From the NCBI GenBank assembly GCA_965178125.1, contig OZ237735.1, forward strand, positions 1,736,001-1,800,000: a stretch of DNA of 64,000 nt. Reading direction: 5' to 3'. This DNA comes from Bilabrum cf. latius. Taxonomy: Eukaryota. Of the stretch, positions 52,001 through 64,000 are shown one piece after another (positions within the stretch are counted from its first letter, which is position 1; every line of letters begins with the position of its first letter). The notes under the pieces are model-generated. The model was given only the letters and a program-made list of their open reading frames with translations. It did not search any database and had not been told where the DNA came from. Made by a program: the position numbers and the translations under genes.

Positions 52001-55000
52001 GCCTTGACCAGATCCAGCCTGGGCCTCCTGCCCGGCCTCTTCTCCAGACTTGGAATCGCGCTCGGCCTGTGGACGGCAAAGCCCACGTCGGAGCAAAAAG
52101 ATAATGCTGCACAACGAAACATGCCCTGCAGCGGATGAAGCAACGTGGTCCTCAGTAATTGCTTGCATGATACTCTCGAGGTGGCGGACGACAGGTTTGA
52201 CCATGATGAGTCCAGCATCTATTGCCTGCCTTGCTGCGGACGTGCTTGAAGCGTCCGGTGCGGAGGCAAGCACCTCAAGCGCAGACCCTGCCAATCTCGA
52301 TAGAGCAAGGCGAATGGGACCAATCCGAAGTGCTGCAAGCGAGTGCAGCCAATACTTTTGTAGTGCAAAGCAGCCTGCATCTGCCTACAGATCCGCAAGC
52401 TTGCGAACACGCTGGGCAGAAAGCATGCATTGTTTGACGAAATCTTGAAACGTCTCAGCAAGACCTTTGTCAAGCTTAGCACCATGGGACAAAGCCGAAG
52501 AGCCGAGCAGCTCAGAGTCCAATGATAGAATCTCGGTGAGCTCATCACAGACGGCCTGCACATCGCTTCGAGTAGTGTCTAGAACGGACGCTGCCAGCGG
52601 GGATGGACTAGCAAGAATTTGCATCTGCCGGTCAGATGCATCAGTCAAATCTACCCCAAGATCTGCTGAGAGCCTATCAAGCTCTCTAATGGACTCCTGT
52701 ACAGCCACTACAACCTCTGTTTCTGTGTTCAACCACTCAGCCTGGGTTGTGACCACGGGAGTTGCTCGAGCTGCAACGGTTTTGCAACACACGCCTAGGA
52801 TTAGGTTAGAAGTATCAGCATGACCGGACAAATGTTCAGCTGCCTTATTAAGCGAACGCAAACAATCTGAGAGCGACTCGTTGCACGAGACTGCACGGCT
52901 AGTTGCGAACCAAGCCAAGTCCCGGTCGCTTGACGGGAGCTTGCTGCCGGAGAGCTCTGGTGCAAGCTCTGCGACTGTCTTCAACGCTTCCTGGCAAGTA
53001 GTCATCGCAGGCTTTGCGGCAGCCTATACGCTAGCAATTACAGACCTTGTACGAAGTATGCGCTGCTGAATCTTAGCCAACAAGACTCCTGCCAGCCGCA
53101 ATCTTTCGACAGCGACGTTAGGGTGGAGGCCTGCGGCCGGTTCTACGTCCTGGATGCGGCGAACTAGCACGTCGATAGCATACAGGTGAGCTGAAAGGCC
53201 TGCAATCATGGCTCTAGATTGGGTTCTGTACACCAACTACGACTCTGCTGCCGTTCCCAGGGCCTCAATCTGGCTCGGAGAAAGGTCCCCTTCCCCAAGC
53301 ACGACACCATCCGCCTGTGTGGTGCTTGAGCCACCGAACGATGAATGCTGCGTTTGAGCAAGCATAACACGGACCCGGACAGCAAGGTCGTAGTCCCGCC
53401 AATGCTAAGACTCAAGGTCAGCACCAACTGTGCCTCCTTCAACAGAATGAGTGCCAATGCTGACTGGTGGGATGGAAGATCCAAACAGGGCGGCAGCACC
53501 TACCATTGCAGACCCGTGCAGCTTGCGCACCAGCTTGGAAGCAGACCCATTCTCCCAACCGATCGATTTTGTTCTCTTCAAAAGCATATGAAACAGCGTG
53601 TACTTCTGGGGCGTTGTTGACTTCTCCTTGCTGACTTCACCAACCGCATCGGATGCGGTGGCTTGGTCAGGCGGCTTCTGGACAAACTCAACGAATGCCT
53701 ACCATTGGCGCACAAAATCCCGCCAATCGTCTGCTTCGCTTCGAGCGACAGGCGTATTTCTCCGCAGCATATCTTCCAGGCGACGGGGCAGCTTGGATAG
53801 CGCTCCGAGCATTTTGCAGACCTACTGGTGGTCTTGCGAACTGGGATCAAGCAGTCCCGCAGGCAAAGCTGCTGGAACAGAAGCTGCGAAAGGAATTGGG
53901 CTAAAGCTCTAAATGACTGGCGCGCCTGCAAGTGGATTCGATGGTAAACGAGCCGCGGCTCCGCCAACAAAGTGGCATAGGATTCCCACCGTGCCTAGCT
54001 CGCCAATGTGTTTGGAACCTCCGCTCGAGCCAAATCGCAATGATTGCGCCTCCAGTATGGTCGACACAGGCACTGAAAGACACTCGTTCCATTTCTTTGC
54101 AGTGTGAATCAGTTTGCTATGGCCAGCGCGGGAACTCTACTGCGCACTTTCATACGTTTGAGACTACCAGCGGTGTAACCGAATCGCGTCGTTTAATTCT
54201 TGCTCAACCTAGTAGCGCATGGTCTTGGCATGTTCGGCAACGGCAGGCATATGACTCCAGAAGTAGGCAACTAGCTGCAACATAGTCCGGCCAATGCGCT
54301 CGACGCAAATGCGCCTTGAAGGCGAGCTTTGCGCAAGCACAATTAGCGATTTGGCATTGCTGAGAACAATTTGCATCCTTGTTCCGAACTCGCCGACTGG
54401 AGAACTCCTCAAAAATCTCTCGGAAGCTTCAAATGCAACACGAATTGCAGCTCCCTGCCGAGAGACACCTTCGAGCGTGGCCCCAGCGCTTGAAACTGAC
54501 ACATCAGCAACCAGGGAAGGGCTGGGATCCTCTCCACCAGCTCCTGAGCTTGGTGAACGAACAACCGCAGCTGCATTTGCGAACCCTACGTCAGGTTTCT
54601 AAGCCGTGAACAACCATTTATCAGCCTCTGAAATACCTGCGGCGTCTGCATAGATACTCTACTGCTGCGGTCGACTGCTAGCATTGCCATCACCGTCAGA
54701 ATACTAGTCTTCTATGGATGCCAGCCCAGCAGCGCGGTGAAACATGAGGGCGAGAGCCCTTGCTCGCAGCTCGAATCGTCTTTGGATCGACAACAGCACA
54801 GATGACCAAGAACCGAGCTCCAGTCTCCGCCACCGAGCGCACACAGCCTGCACCATGAGCAAAGCCTTGCCGAGAGCTGCTTTCTCGGCCGCGTACTTCT
54901 CGTATCGCTACGAAGCCGCAACTAGCCTTTCACCAGCTCCAAGGGCGCTTGCAATCGGCGAAAACAGAGGGATTTCCTTCGTGGACTTGACCACTCGAAG

Positions 55001-58000
55001 TATTTCTGAGAGCACATCTTGACCTGGAAACACACGAAGCAATTGCAATACTCGCATGTGGAGTGAGTCACAAGCCGACAAGAATATTGACATCTCTGAG
55101 ATGCACGGTGATCGATAGAAATCGAATCCATTGCCAGAAGGCTCTGGAATGGCCGGATCAAGCTTGTCACTGCTGGCTGTGGAGCCACTATTGATAGCCC
55201 CGCGACCAATCAAGCGGTCCAGAGACGCCTCAATAGACGCATCGATGCCTGGCTCTGAAAGGACAACGCCTGTCCGCCGCTCAATCCTCGAATGGGCTCG
55301 GGCTTGCGTTGAAAGACTAGCAACTCGCCGGGCAACTGCAAATACTGCCGAATCACAAATCTCAGCGGTAGGCTCTGCCACGGTGCCTGCAGCACCATCG
55401 TACGTTGCAGCAAGGCACTCATCCGCGCACAGTGATGCCAACGCATTCTGGGTAGCCTATTGCCGAGATACTGCTGGTATTCTTCCTGCATGCAGCAAAC
55501 TAAAACTACTGGAGCCACCAGTCCTTCCAAACCCGAAACACTCCCATTGCAACCGAAGTAATTGAAATATGTCCTCGGGGTCGTCGAATAGATATGGCTC
55601 AGGCATGTCTCTCGATCCACTGACCAGTCCACTTTTGCCAGGCTCGGGTGCAGACTCCGAGGGGTCGTCGAAAAGATCCTCCTGGGTCTCCTATATCTCA
55701 GCATGCAAATGCCGATCACCGATCGCGTAATCTCGTAGCTGGTCTTCCTCAACTTGGTCCACCTCGGAACTGAACACACTGATTCCCATCTTGAAACTTG
55801 GGGCGGGCTCATCCCTTCTACGACGGATGTCATCAACTGCTGTAGAGATGTCTGAGCAGGTTGCGAACACTTCTTGAATCATGGCGGCAAAGTCCTCTCC
55901 AGAGCTCACAAGTGCTGCGGTACCCGCAACGCTGGACAAGTGTCGCAGCGAAGCACACCACTCTCGCAAATGACACCTTACTGCCTTCGAGGAGGGCCGA
56001 GACTTGGCCTGTGCATCGGATATTTCCCGCTGGTACTCTTTTAGAGCAGAAAGCAGGCGCCCACTTGCACCAGGACTGCCACCGGTTGCCTTCTGCGGAC
56101 CTGCCAGGCTGATGACACTCACAATTAATCTCCCTGCCGTCTACAGGGCATCCATGAGGGGCACTGCAACGTCACTGAATCCAAGGAGCGCAGATGGTGC
56201 TAAGACACTAAGGACTGCATCTACGGATGCAAGCGTAGATCTCAGCAGTTGATCGGTACCTCGACGCCTCTGGAACGCACCTTGTACACATTGTACTAGC
56301 AACGAGCTGCTTTCGATGCTTGTATCAAACTCAACCTGCTCAATGGGACTGCGACTTCGCAAAACCTCAGCGAGAGATGCAAGAGCCGCATCAGAGGAGA
56401 GCAGGGTTCTGGCAAACTACGCTTGCTCACGGAGTGAGTCATACTGCTGAGAGGAAAACGCGATAGGGTCCTCCTGCTGGGCTGCGGCGGCAGCCGCAGC
56501 AATGCCACGTGACTCAAATATGATCTCGTCATTGTTTTCCACCCTATCGAGGACCTCACATCGATGAGATCCAGAAAAACGCACAGTTGGAGCGTGGGCA
56601 AGAGACGATGGAAATCCGTTCGAGCTCGAAGCTGCCAAAATGGCTTGTTCAGCTAGGACAGCGGGTACCGATTCAGCCTTTTTCAAGTTGATACCAACTA
56701 GTGGCACAGCAATCGCTCCATCACTGCACCATTCACCAGCTTTTGCCTGCTGGGCAGCCCTGTCGAAAACCACGCGCTTGAGTCGATGCATCGCATCCGC
56801 GGCCTACTCTCGACGCATGCCTCCAAGCAGCTAGGCGTCAACAATAGAGAGCCTGCAAGCTTTATCAATTTGTATTTCACACGCTACAGTAGATGCTAAG
56901 AGGTCTAGAATCGTGCACGTTTCACTAGAGGAGGTCTGAATCCGCTCAGTAAGAAGAAGCAAGATTTCCGCCAGCAGCGACGTCCGACTCGGTGAATGGA
57001 ACTCTTCGCGGACCTCCTGCGCGAGACGGATCATGCGCGATGGGGGGCATTCTTCCGAGGTGTTCGCAGTACGCCTCAAAAAATCACGCTCAGGTACTTG
57101 CTGTGCAAGCGCTCGAAGTTGCCTGGACAAACGTAGACCCGCATGCTTGGTGAGCGAGGGCACCGTAACTGCGCTAGGCACCAGTGATGCAAGTCCTGCT
57201 AGTGTCGCAGCACTTCGTGACACATAAGCATCCAAATCACCGATTGTCCGGCTTACCGACCCCGCATTCTCTGCACCTAATATTATCTGCGACGCTTCCG
57301 AAGCCTGCATCCCGCTTAAACAGTCTCGACGCGACGCAACTGGAACTGCTGCATACGCTTGATCCAGTATGACTCGAGCCTCCAAGTTGTCTGCAGAAGG
57401 CTCATGATGAACTGCATGGCGCTCTTCTTGTCGCCGCAAGTAGTTCAAAAGCACCCGGGCTGGGCGAATAAGTTGCAACAGCTCTGTGGAAGTCCCTAGC
57501 TCGGGCTTGCTAGTCGCACGCCAGGTAGCGAGCATGCACAAGGCAGCCGCGACCCTCCATGCAGGCGCAAGTTCTGTAGACTGGATGGAATGGGCACTGC
57601 CTACAACACGAGATAGCACCGCAACAGCTGCTTCCTAGCCAAGCCGTATCTCATCCCTAGCACTGCTTGCGTGCCGCTCCAACCATTTTAACGAACTGAG
57701 AAGTCTGGCATAGGCACCCACTCTCGAGGACTACTAGCCAGACACCAAACCGAAGACCTGCTTACCGGCTCTACCAGCCGATGTAGGGGAAAACTCAACG
57801 TGGACTTTGGCTTCGTCCGCTGGTTCAGCATCGTCATTTTCTCCATGAAGATCGGATCGAATCCACTTTAAGAATACTACGCCTTCCTGTGCCTTGGAAT
57901 CGCCTGTTTTTGAGTCAAGGACGAACTTCGGACGCTACATTCGGGATGCAACAGACGTTGAAGTGTCAGCCTCTGCGCCATTCACAAGCTTCCACGCGTC

Positions 58001-61000
58001 TTCAGCTGGTAGAATATCCTGAGGAGATAGCCTTGTCAGAATTCCATCAACACCTGCGGAATAGCTTTGCAAGGCCCCATCAGTCAGAGCGCCGAGTCTC
58101 TGCCGAACTTCAACTTCGCGCTCAGTTTCGTCAATCTTCCTGAATGCTGAGGAACCAATGACGTATGCGATGGCCTCGGTCGCCTCATAGTCCAATCCAG
58201 ATGCTGAGATGCCGGACACTAGCTTGTGGAACATAGGTGCATCATCTACAGTCATCGCAGGAATTGAGAACCCCATATGAACAAGGCTCAAGTATTTCTT
58301 ACAAATATCGGTCGACAAGCTGCGGATGATCGGCAAAGGCTGTCCGACTGCTACCGGATCTTCATGTGGCGCCAAGGTCAGACTCACGTGAGCTAATCTC
58401 GAGCCAACTAACTTATCTACACTCTCTATAGCGTCTGAAGTAGCGCGCAAAAGCTCACTGTTGCCAGTACCAGTGACTTGAGCGAGACACTACAAGCAAG
58501 CAATTGATGCGAGACAGCTCGATGCGACATCAGGAGGCATGTCAGCACTGCTAAGAGCGTCAACTAGGTTGCGAATGCTAGCAGCTGCATCGCAGAGAGA
58601 AACATGCAGTCGAACCGCACCAAGCTGGCTTCCAGACGGTGCCAATGCAGTAAGAAAAGCTCTGAGCGTGAGCGAAGCAGTGCTCATAAGACGGTGGCCC
58701 AAAATGGCCTGCATAGAACCAGAAGCCGCACTTGAAATCACAGCCTCCGCAAGAAATGCAACAGACTGTGGTAACAAGTACGCACACCCGATTGCCTCCA
58801 CAGCTGCATGTGGTCGAAGCTGCAGGCCAATCGAACGGAATCTACCAGTTGCAACTGTTTCCAAGTTCGAGTATTCCTGTCGCCATAAAGAGTCTCGTAA
58901 TACAGGTGACTCAAGTCTCATGATAGTGTCGACGAATTCGACTGCACGGCTGCTAACACCAACTCCGTCTCCTTGAAGCAATATCTATATACTATCGGAA
59001 GACTGAAGCCCCAAGAGAATGGCTCCTATCGTATCAAAGCTCATAGAGCGAACGGAGGCTGGCAACTCATCAATCAGAACAGGCGCTTGCGTCGCTCTGT
59101 CGCTACCGACAACAGTCTTCGCCGCGATTGATCCATTCCCAGCATGTGTTACGGCACAAGCTTCGATGGCTCTACGAAAGCTGGAGACACCCAGCCAGCT
59201 GCAAGATCCCAGTGGTTCAGTGTGCATCTCCAAGCGTCTGCTTGCAGGCAGTGCGAGGCGTCCAGTAAGCAGACTTGGCAGCGCTGACGGTTCATCTTGC
59301 AGTACCTGAGACCACCTTGGAAAATGCGCCGGTAAGTCTACTCGTTCGGTTTGAACGGACACTTGAAGACTGGATTCATCGTTATCAGCGTCGACAGTCT
59401 CTACAGGCATTGCGATTTCAAGACATCGGTTTCGCATGGCACGGCTAAGCTCCGGACCGACACACTCTCTCGAGTCCACGTGTATATCTACAAGAAATGC
59501 AATACGAAACATTGGGTGTGTAGGGACAACCCGTGCTACACCATCAGCTGATGTACCACATTCAGGGATAGATAGAACACCATCCGGTTCTAGCAAGGCA
59601 TTAAGCCGATCGAGCACTGCCGGTGGCGCAACGTTTGCGCCTCGGATAACAAGCATCAGGCCATCGCGTACCGCCCGGGTGAGAGGTCCATCCACCCACA
59701 CGAACCTTCCTAAGTCTACACGCTCATTAGAAGACTGCTTTTGTCTCAACTGGCTCAACAGCCCCTGCAGGACCCGATAGTGATCCGGATCTGCATGGTT
59801 CATAGCTAGTGCAGCACATGACTCTGCACATACCCTGAGACTAGCAAACGTATCAACAGGTTTCACATCACTACGTGAGTCTGATACTGCTTGCTCCGAC
59901 ATTTGTAGTAGCTTACATATGCTAGTCGACAGTCGCACCCTTGCAGACGCACCACAGCTCGAGCAGAGCTGAGAGGCCACGACAGCAACCTCATGTGCCA
60001 GACGCAAAATCAGCTTCTGTGAAGCTGCAATAGGATTCACCGCAACCTACTCAAATGATCCAACCAAATCAGCTGCATCCGTTGAAGATGAGAGCTGCAG
60101 AACTAAATAATCAGTCTTATGCCCAGCGAGAGAAGCTGCCTGGCGGAGAGCAGAGAGACGTCTTGAACCTCCAGTTCCATATACCAGCAGTGGAAGCCTA
60201 GCACGTATGCCAACCATGCATGAAAGACAAACAAAACCCAAGTTCTTGGTTGTACCACCATCACCCGCGGCAAAATTGTTGAGCATTTCAGACATTTTCA
60301 CAATGAACTCGTTGGGGAGGCTTTGGTTGAAGCAGCGCGCAAACTCAATCGCAACAGTATTGCGGCCAGTACGCGACCTAAACCTACCTGCGAAGCACAT
60401 AAGTACAGCCAGTTGGAACGCAAACTGTTGCTACTGTGAAACGCTGTTTACTCGCTGGAGAGGTTGGCACGGCCAAAGCTACAGCAACGTCTGCATTGCA
60501 GTGCGAAGTCTACCGATGTCTCGCAGATTGAACTCAAACGGCGTTCCAGGCCCAAAATAGTCAACAGATGATCGATGAGACATGCTAGCTAAGCTTGAGA
60601 CAAAGCGGACCAACCGAGCAAGCGTGTCTTCGTTCCAAAGCGGCAAATGTGGACTTGCACCAGGAGTTGCCTGATCTGGCGAGAACGAATGTCTCAGAAT
60701 GGCAATGCTGTCTTCGGCCGCGAGCTCACGAAGGTAAACCTTCGAGAAACGGTTTAAGAATGACTTCGGTAGCTGCTTGCGGCCACCGCCTTGGCTCACA
60801 GGATTCTACGTCGCGAATACTCTGAACGTAGAAGGGCAATGGACCGTCTGCCCGAGCTCCGGGATGAACACGGAGGCGCGGTGGTCAAGAATCGCATTCA
60901 AGCCCTCCAAAACTGGCTATGGAGCCAGATTCAGCTCATCCAACAGCACCCAATCGCCTCGTTTTAAAGCAGCTAGGAGAACGCCATCTCTCCACACAAA

Positions 61001-64000
61001 ACTGCGATCTGCAGACTCCCCAGCAGAGTCAGAAGCAACTGGAAGGTCTGCACCAATCAGGTCAGCTATGTCAGTCTAATCACTCAAATTGATGCGAACA
61101 AGGGGATTTCCAGAAACGGCAGCGAGAGCCTGCACTAGGGAGCTCTTACCTACTCCTGGAGAGCCTTCGAGCAACACGGGCTGCGTGCTCTACAACGCTC
61201 GAAGCACCCTGCCAACGTTTGCTCGGACTGTTGGTGCATCGAACGCAAATGGGATTTCACCAACCGGTTTGGGCTCAACAGATCCATATTGGAGCAAGAA
61301 TGAACCAAGGCGGATTCCATGCGATGAGCCTGACAGCTCTCCATCAACTTCGCCGTCAAAAGCCGCTATGCTCCGCGAGAGAGTATCCTCACGTGCCGAG
61401 CCGCCGAGTCTTGCAATGAACTTGCATAATGTGTGTACACCGCTGTCTGTGCCTGCTTGCGCATCCACTGAGGTTCCAAGGCCGAACCCATCGAGCAGCA
61501 CAAGCGCAGCAGCGTGGCCGAAGCCCTCCCAAGCTCTTGCATCCAGGGTGGAGCTGGGTGAGCCAGCTGCACGTTGCTACGCGCAAAACTCAATTATGTA
61601 CTCGGCCCACTGTCGCACATCCCTTAATGTGAATGGAACGTGCTGCACGTCAACCATGCTCTGCAAAGAGTCTCCGTCATCGGAGCAGGCTTGGCTCGTA
61701 TACTGAATAAAAAGCTACCTCAGTCCACCCACCATCGATGTTAGCAGATCAGGGGGCAGCTGCAGCTACTACGCAAGCGATGCTTGCACAAATATCTAAG
61801 AAACGACTGCGTCAATATCCTCTGCTGAATCGATTTGTGGGACCCAAATCTCCGTGAACCTGCTTCGGAGGGCAGGGGACAGCTCTCGCTTCCCAAAATC
61901 ATCGCCTGGGTTCATTGTTGCAATGAAGCGGAATCCCTCCTTTGCCTTGACGTGGATACTATCAAGGTTTGAATCACCAGCACCACTTGAGGGCTCATCA
62001 GCCGAGCACCTCTCTGGAACAGTCAACTTCCGCTCAGGTTCAAGTACGCTATTGAGACGTTCCAAGACTGCATCTTCCGCCAGCGAAACTTCATCTAGAA
62101 GAAACATGCTTCCGTCAAGCATAGATTCAACCAAAGGACCATCAGCCCATTCGAATAGTTGCCTTGCGCTGTCACGACAGGACACAACAATGTCTCGTGT
62201 ACGCTCAACACTCGGATCTACCTCAGATTGCGGCTCCGAGGCTGCGGCTTCGCTTCTACCAGTGGCAGTTCTGCGAACCTTGGCGGCTTGGTGCTCCTCT
62301 AGCTGCTTGTCAGGCCGCTCACGCTTGTCACCCGACCTGTCGCGGTCATCATTGTCTATCAAGCGAAGCATATCATCGTAAGCCATCTAAGCAAGGTGGT
62401 CGAGCTCAGGTGGGGAGTCATCGCTAGTACGGGACAAGTATGCAAACACGGCAGTAGCGGCATCGTACTTAAGTTGCCTTCGTCGTTGAGCTCGAAGCGG
62501 GCGCATGCTTCCGATAAAATCCGTAGCGTCCATCGTCTAGTGGCAATTGACAATGCGAAGAGCCTGGTTCCTCAGCTTTGCGACAAACTGCACAGCACTG
62601 GTTTTACCTGTCCCAGTTTCTCCGACTAAAAGTACTGGTTCCTTGTAGAACATGCATTTAACGAGAAGCGCAACGACTCGCCTAAGCTGCTGGGTCCACG
62701 TCAGGTCTGGGAGCTCCTTCGAGTCCATGGTATCCGCAACCCTGCTATTGGACGTAGTAGAGGGGCTTGCTTGAGCGGGAGCAGACGCTGCTTTGTCGCC
62801 GTGCGCATACAAAGCAGGGTCTCCATACAGATCTGATGGACATAACGAGCACTTGCAGGTTCTTTGCAACACATCCATCAGCACGTTTTGCTCATCCTTG
62901 ACACGCAGCCGTTCTGCCAAGAGCATGTACCCACTGCAGCCAAGTTCTTGCCAAGTTGACGGCACACGGGCAGCCCAGCGCAGTAGGTCCCGTGTAGTAA
63001 CGAACGAAGTGCTTCCAGCAAATACGTCAGAAGCCTGCCGTGCACGCCGAAGCTCAGCAGCGACTCGAACCATTGCCTCAGCAAACGGAGGTGCAATATG
63101 AGACGACTTCACGATAATCTCCTTGAGCTCACTCTCAGGTGCCTCATCTACACGAAGTTCAAAAAATCGATTTCGAAACGCTCGGCTGAGGGGCTTCCTT
63201 CCACCGTATGTGCCGCCGGCCGGGTTCTAGGTTGCGAATAGCCTGAACCGCGGGGAAGCTCGCACAACCTCCTGAGTCTCCGGGATATAAAGCTCCCGAT
63301 TGTCGTCCAACAATCGGTTCAAAGCTTCTAGAACTTCTGTAGGTGCAAGGTTTAGCTCATCTAGCACAAGCCAAGCGCCCTACCTCGCAGCTGCGACCAG
63401 TACCCCCTCCTTAAACTCCAAAGAACCAGCACCAGTTGGCTAAAAAGAACCAAAATACTCACTAATATCAGTATTCTAGTGGTTGTTCACCCTATAGCAC
63501 ATGTTTCCGGTCCGGGCGGCGAGGTACTCAACAAGAGAGGTTTTGCCTGAGGAAGTGGGTCCCTGCAGGAGCACAGGAGACTTGGAACACGCTACGGCCC
63601 GGGCAAGGTTACGCAGATTGAATTGTACGCTCGCGGTCATGACATACCTGCGCTGTCCAGCTGCATCGTCTGCTGAGAACCCAGCTGCCCAATCGAGTGG
63701 CTCAGAATCACCGGTGGCTATGTCGAAGCAGTCAATTAAAACGCCGCTAGCCCGTACTTCTGGCACAGACATGTCACCGGGGAGGTTCGACACTGCAGAG
63801 TGGCAGGCGAGTACTAGCTAAGCATATCCAGCAGAATCGGTACCCGATGATCGAAGCTCACGCAAGAAGTCTATTGATTGCACGGCAGTACCTGGGCTCC
63901 CACGAGCGGTCTTCTTGGACCCCTTGGACTTGCGCTTCTTGGATTTGCCCAGGTTGGCTGTGTCTATAGCTGGCTGGATCTGCGTCGCGTACGCAGCGCA
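49004..64000 (-). CDS. MDN1: Midasin (Rea1/MDN1) dynein-related AAA+ ATPase for 60S ribosome maturation, 5'-truncated by the window edge; about 5,000 codons visible (AAA3-AAA6, linker, D/E-rich tail, MIDAS)
   Basis: VLLQGPTSSGKTS (AAA3), LLVGETGTGKT and FEWADGPLV...LLDEVSLAEDAVLERLNSVLE...FIATMNPG (AAA4), LLEGSPGVGKS and GGRKQLPKSFLNRF (AAA5), FVWVDGPL...VLDRLNALLE...ELSRAMRNR (AAA6), RWRRLELGSW, EGTGLGTGTG, an acidic tail, and MIDAS GDYRTGKRINMRRVIQYIAS*FRKDKIWLRR...LAIDDSKSM...YLDGYPFPFY. About 25 minus-strand track ORFs share this frame and each ends in TAG. Terminal TGA at 49006..49004. Confidence 0.97.
49030..49950 (-). other. MIDAS/VWA domain of midasin
   Basis: LCEKLRLILSPTKASRLAGDYRTGKRINM, DDSKS (DxSxS motif), LEVGQVGVVSFG, QLLFVISDG, YPFPFYVVV. 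Confidence 0.92.
50090..52000 (-). other. Asp/Glu-rich low-complexity tail region of midasin
   Basis: Track ORFs 50093, 50318, 50921, 51251 and 51851 are D/E/G/A-rich and lie between the EGTGLG motif and the MIDAS domain, as expected for midasin. Confidence 0.85.

Noticed and set aside
5-64000. Pseudogenes, or RIP/deamination-damaged genes, explaining the many internal stops
   Set aside because: C-to-T decay would also create TAA (from CAA) and TGA (from CGA) as well as frameshifts. None occur in about 20,000 codons, and catalytic motifs are intact, including in essential midasin.
49004-64000. TAG read as pyrrolysine, Trp (A-to-I editing), Leu, Tyr or Glu
   Set aside because: The informative conserved positions are mostly Gln columns. 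One site (NNH*NTD, 63476) is usually Glu and one in KDM4 (YLH*G, 2198) is variable, but at least eight Gln sites outweigh these.
1-64000. Recoded bacteriophage (code 15) or giant virus origin; CRISPR arrays or transposons
   Set aside because: Midasin, KDM4 and spliceosomal introns indicate a eukaryotic nucleus. No nucleotide-level repeat arrays, terminal repeats or transposase motifs were seen.

Overview
Gene-dense eukaryotic (protist-type) nuclear DNA that uses a variant genetic code: TAG is read as Gln, while TAA and TGA remain stops (the NCBI table 15 pattern). The hundreds of short ORFs in the supplied track come from treating TAG as stop. With TAG=Gln the window holds four genes. (1) A KDM4/JMJD2-like JmjN-JmjC histone demethylase with a C-terminal chromo-barrel/Tudor-like domain (minus, 5..2924, one 88-nt intron, about 943 aa, TGA stop). 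(2) A giant ~14,250-aa surface protein (plus, 3408..46251, one 91-nt intron, then a single 42.6-kb exon, TGA stop): signal peptide, LamG-like domains, dozens of IPT/TIG-like repeats, CPxGxYCP cysteine repeats, about 9-11 TM helices and a cytoplasmic tail. (3) A signal-peptide-bearing JmjC/cupin 2OG-Fe(II) oxygenase (plus, 46578..48788, about 736 aa, TAA stop). (4) The 3' ~5,000 codons of midasin/MDN1 (minus, 49004..>64000, TGA stop). In midasin, TAG sits repeatedly at positions that are conserved Gln in the family (FATQNP twice, RINLSxQTD, NLAxQxVLEG, RALQ, NCHQ, FEQV, YIASQFRKDK), which fixes the amino acid assignment. I found no RNA genes, mobile elements or CRISPR arrays. All counts are by hand and domain calls rest on motif recognition, not database searches.
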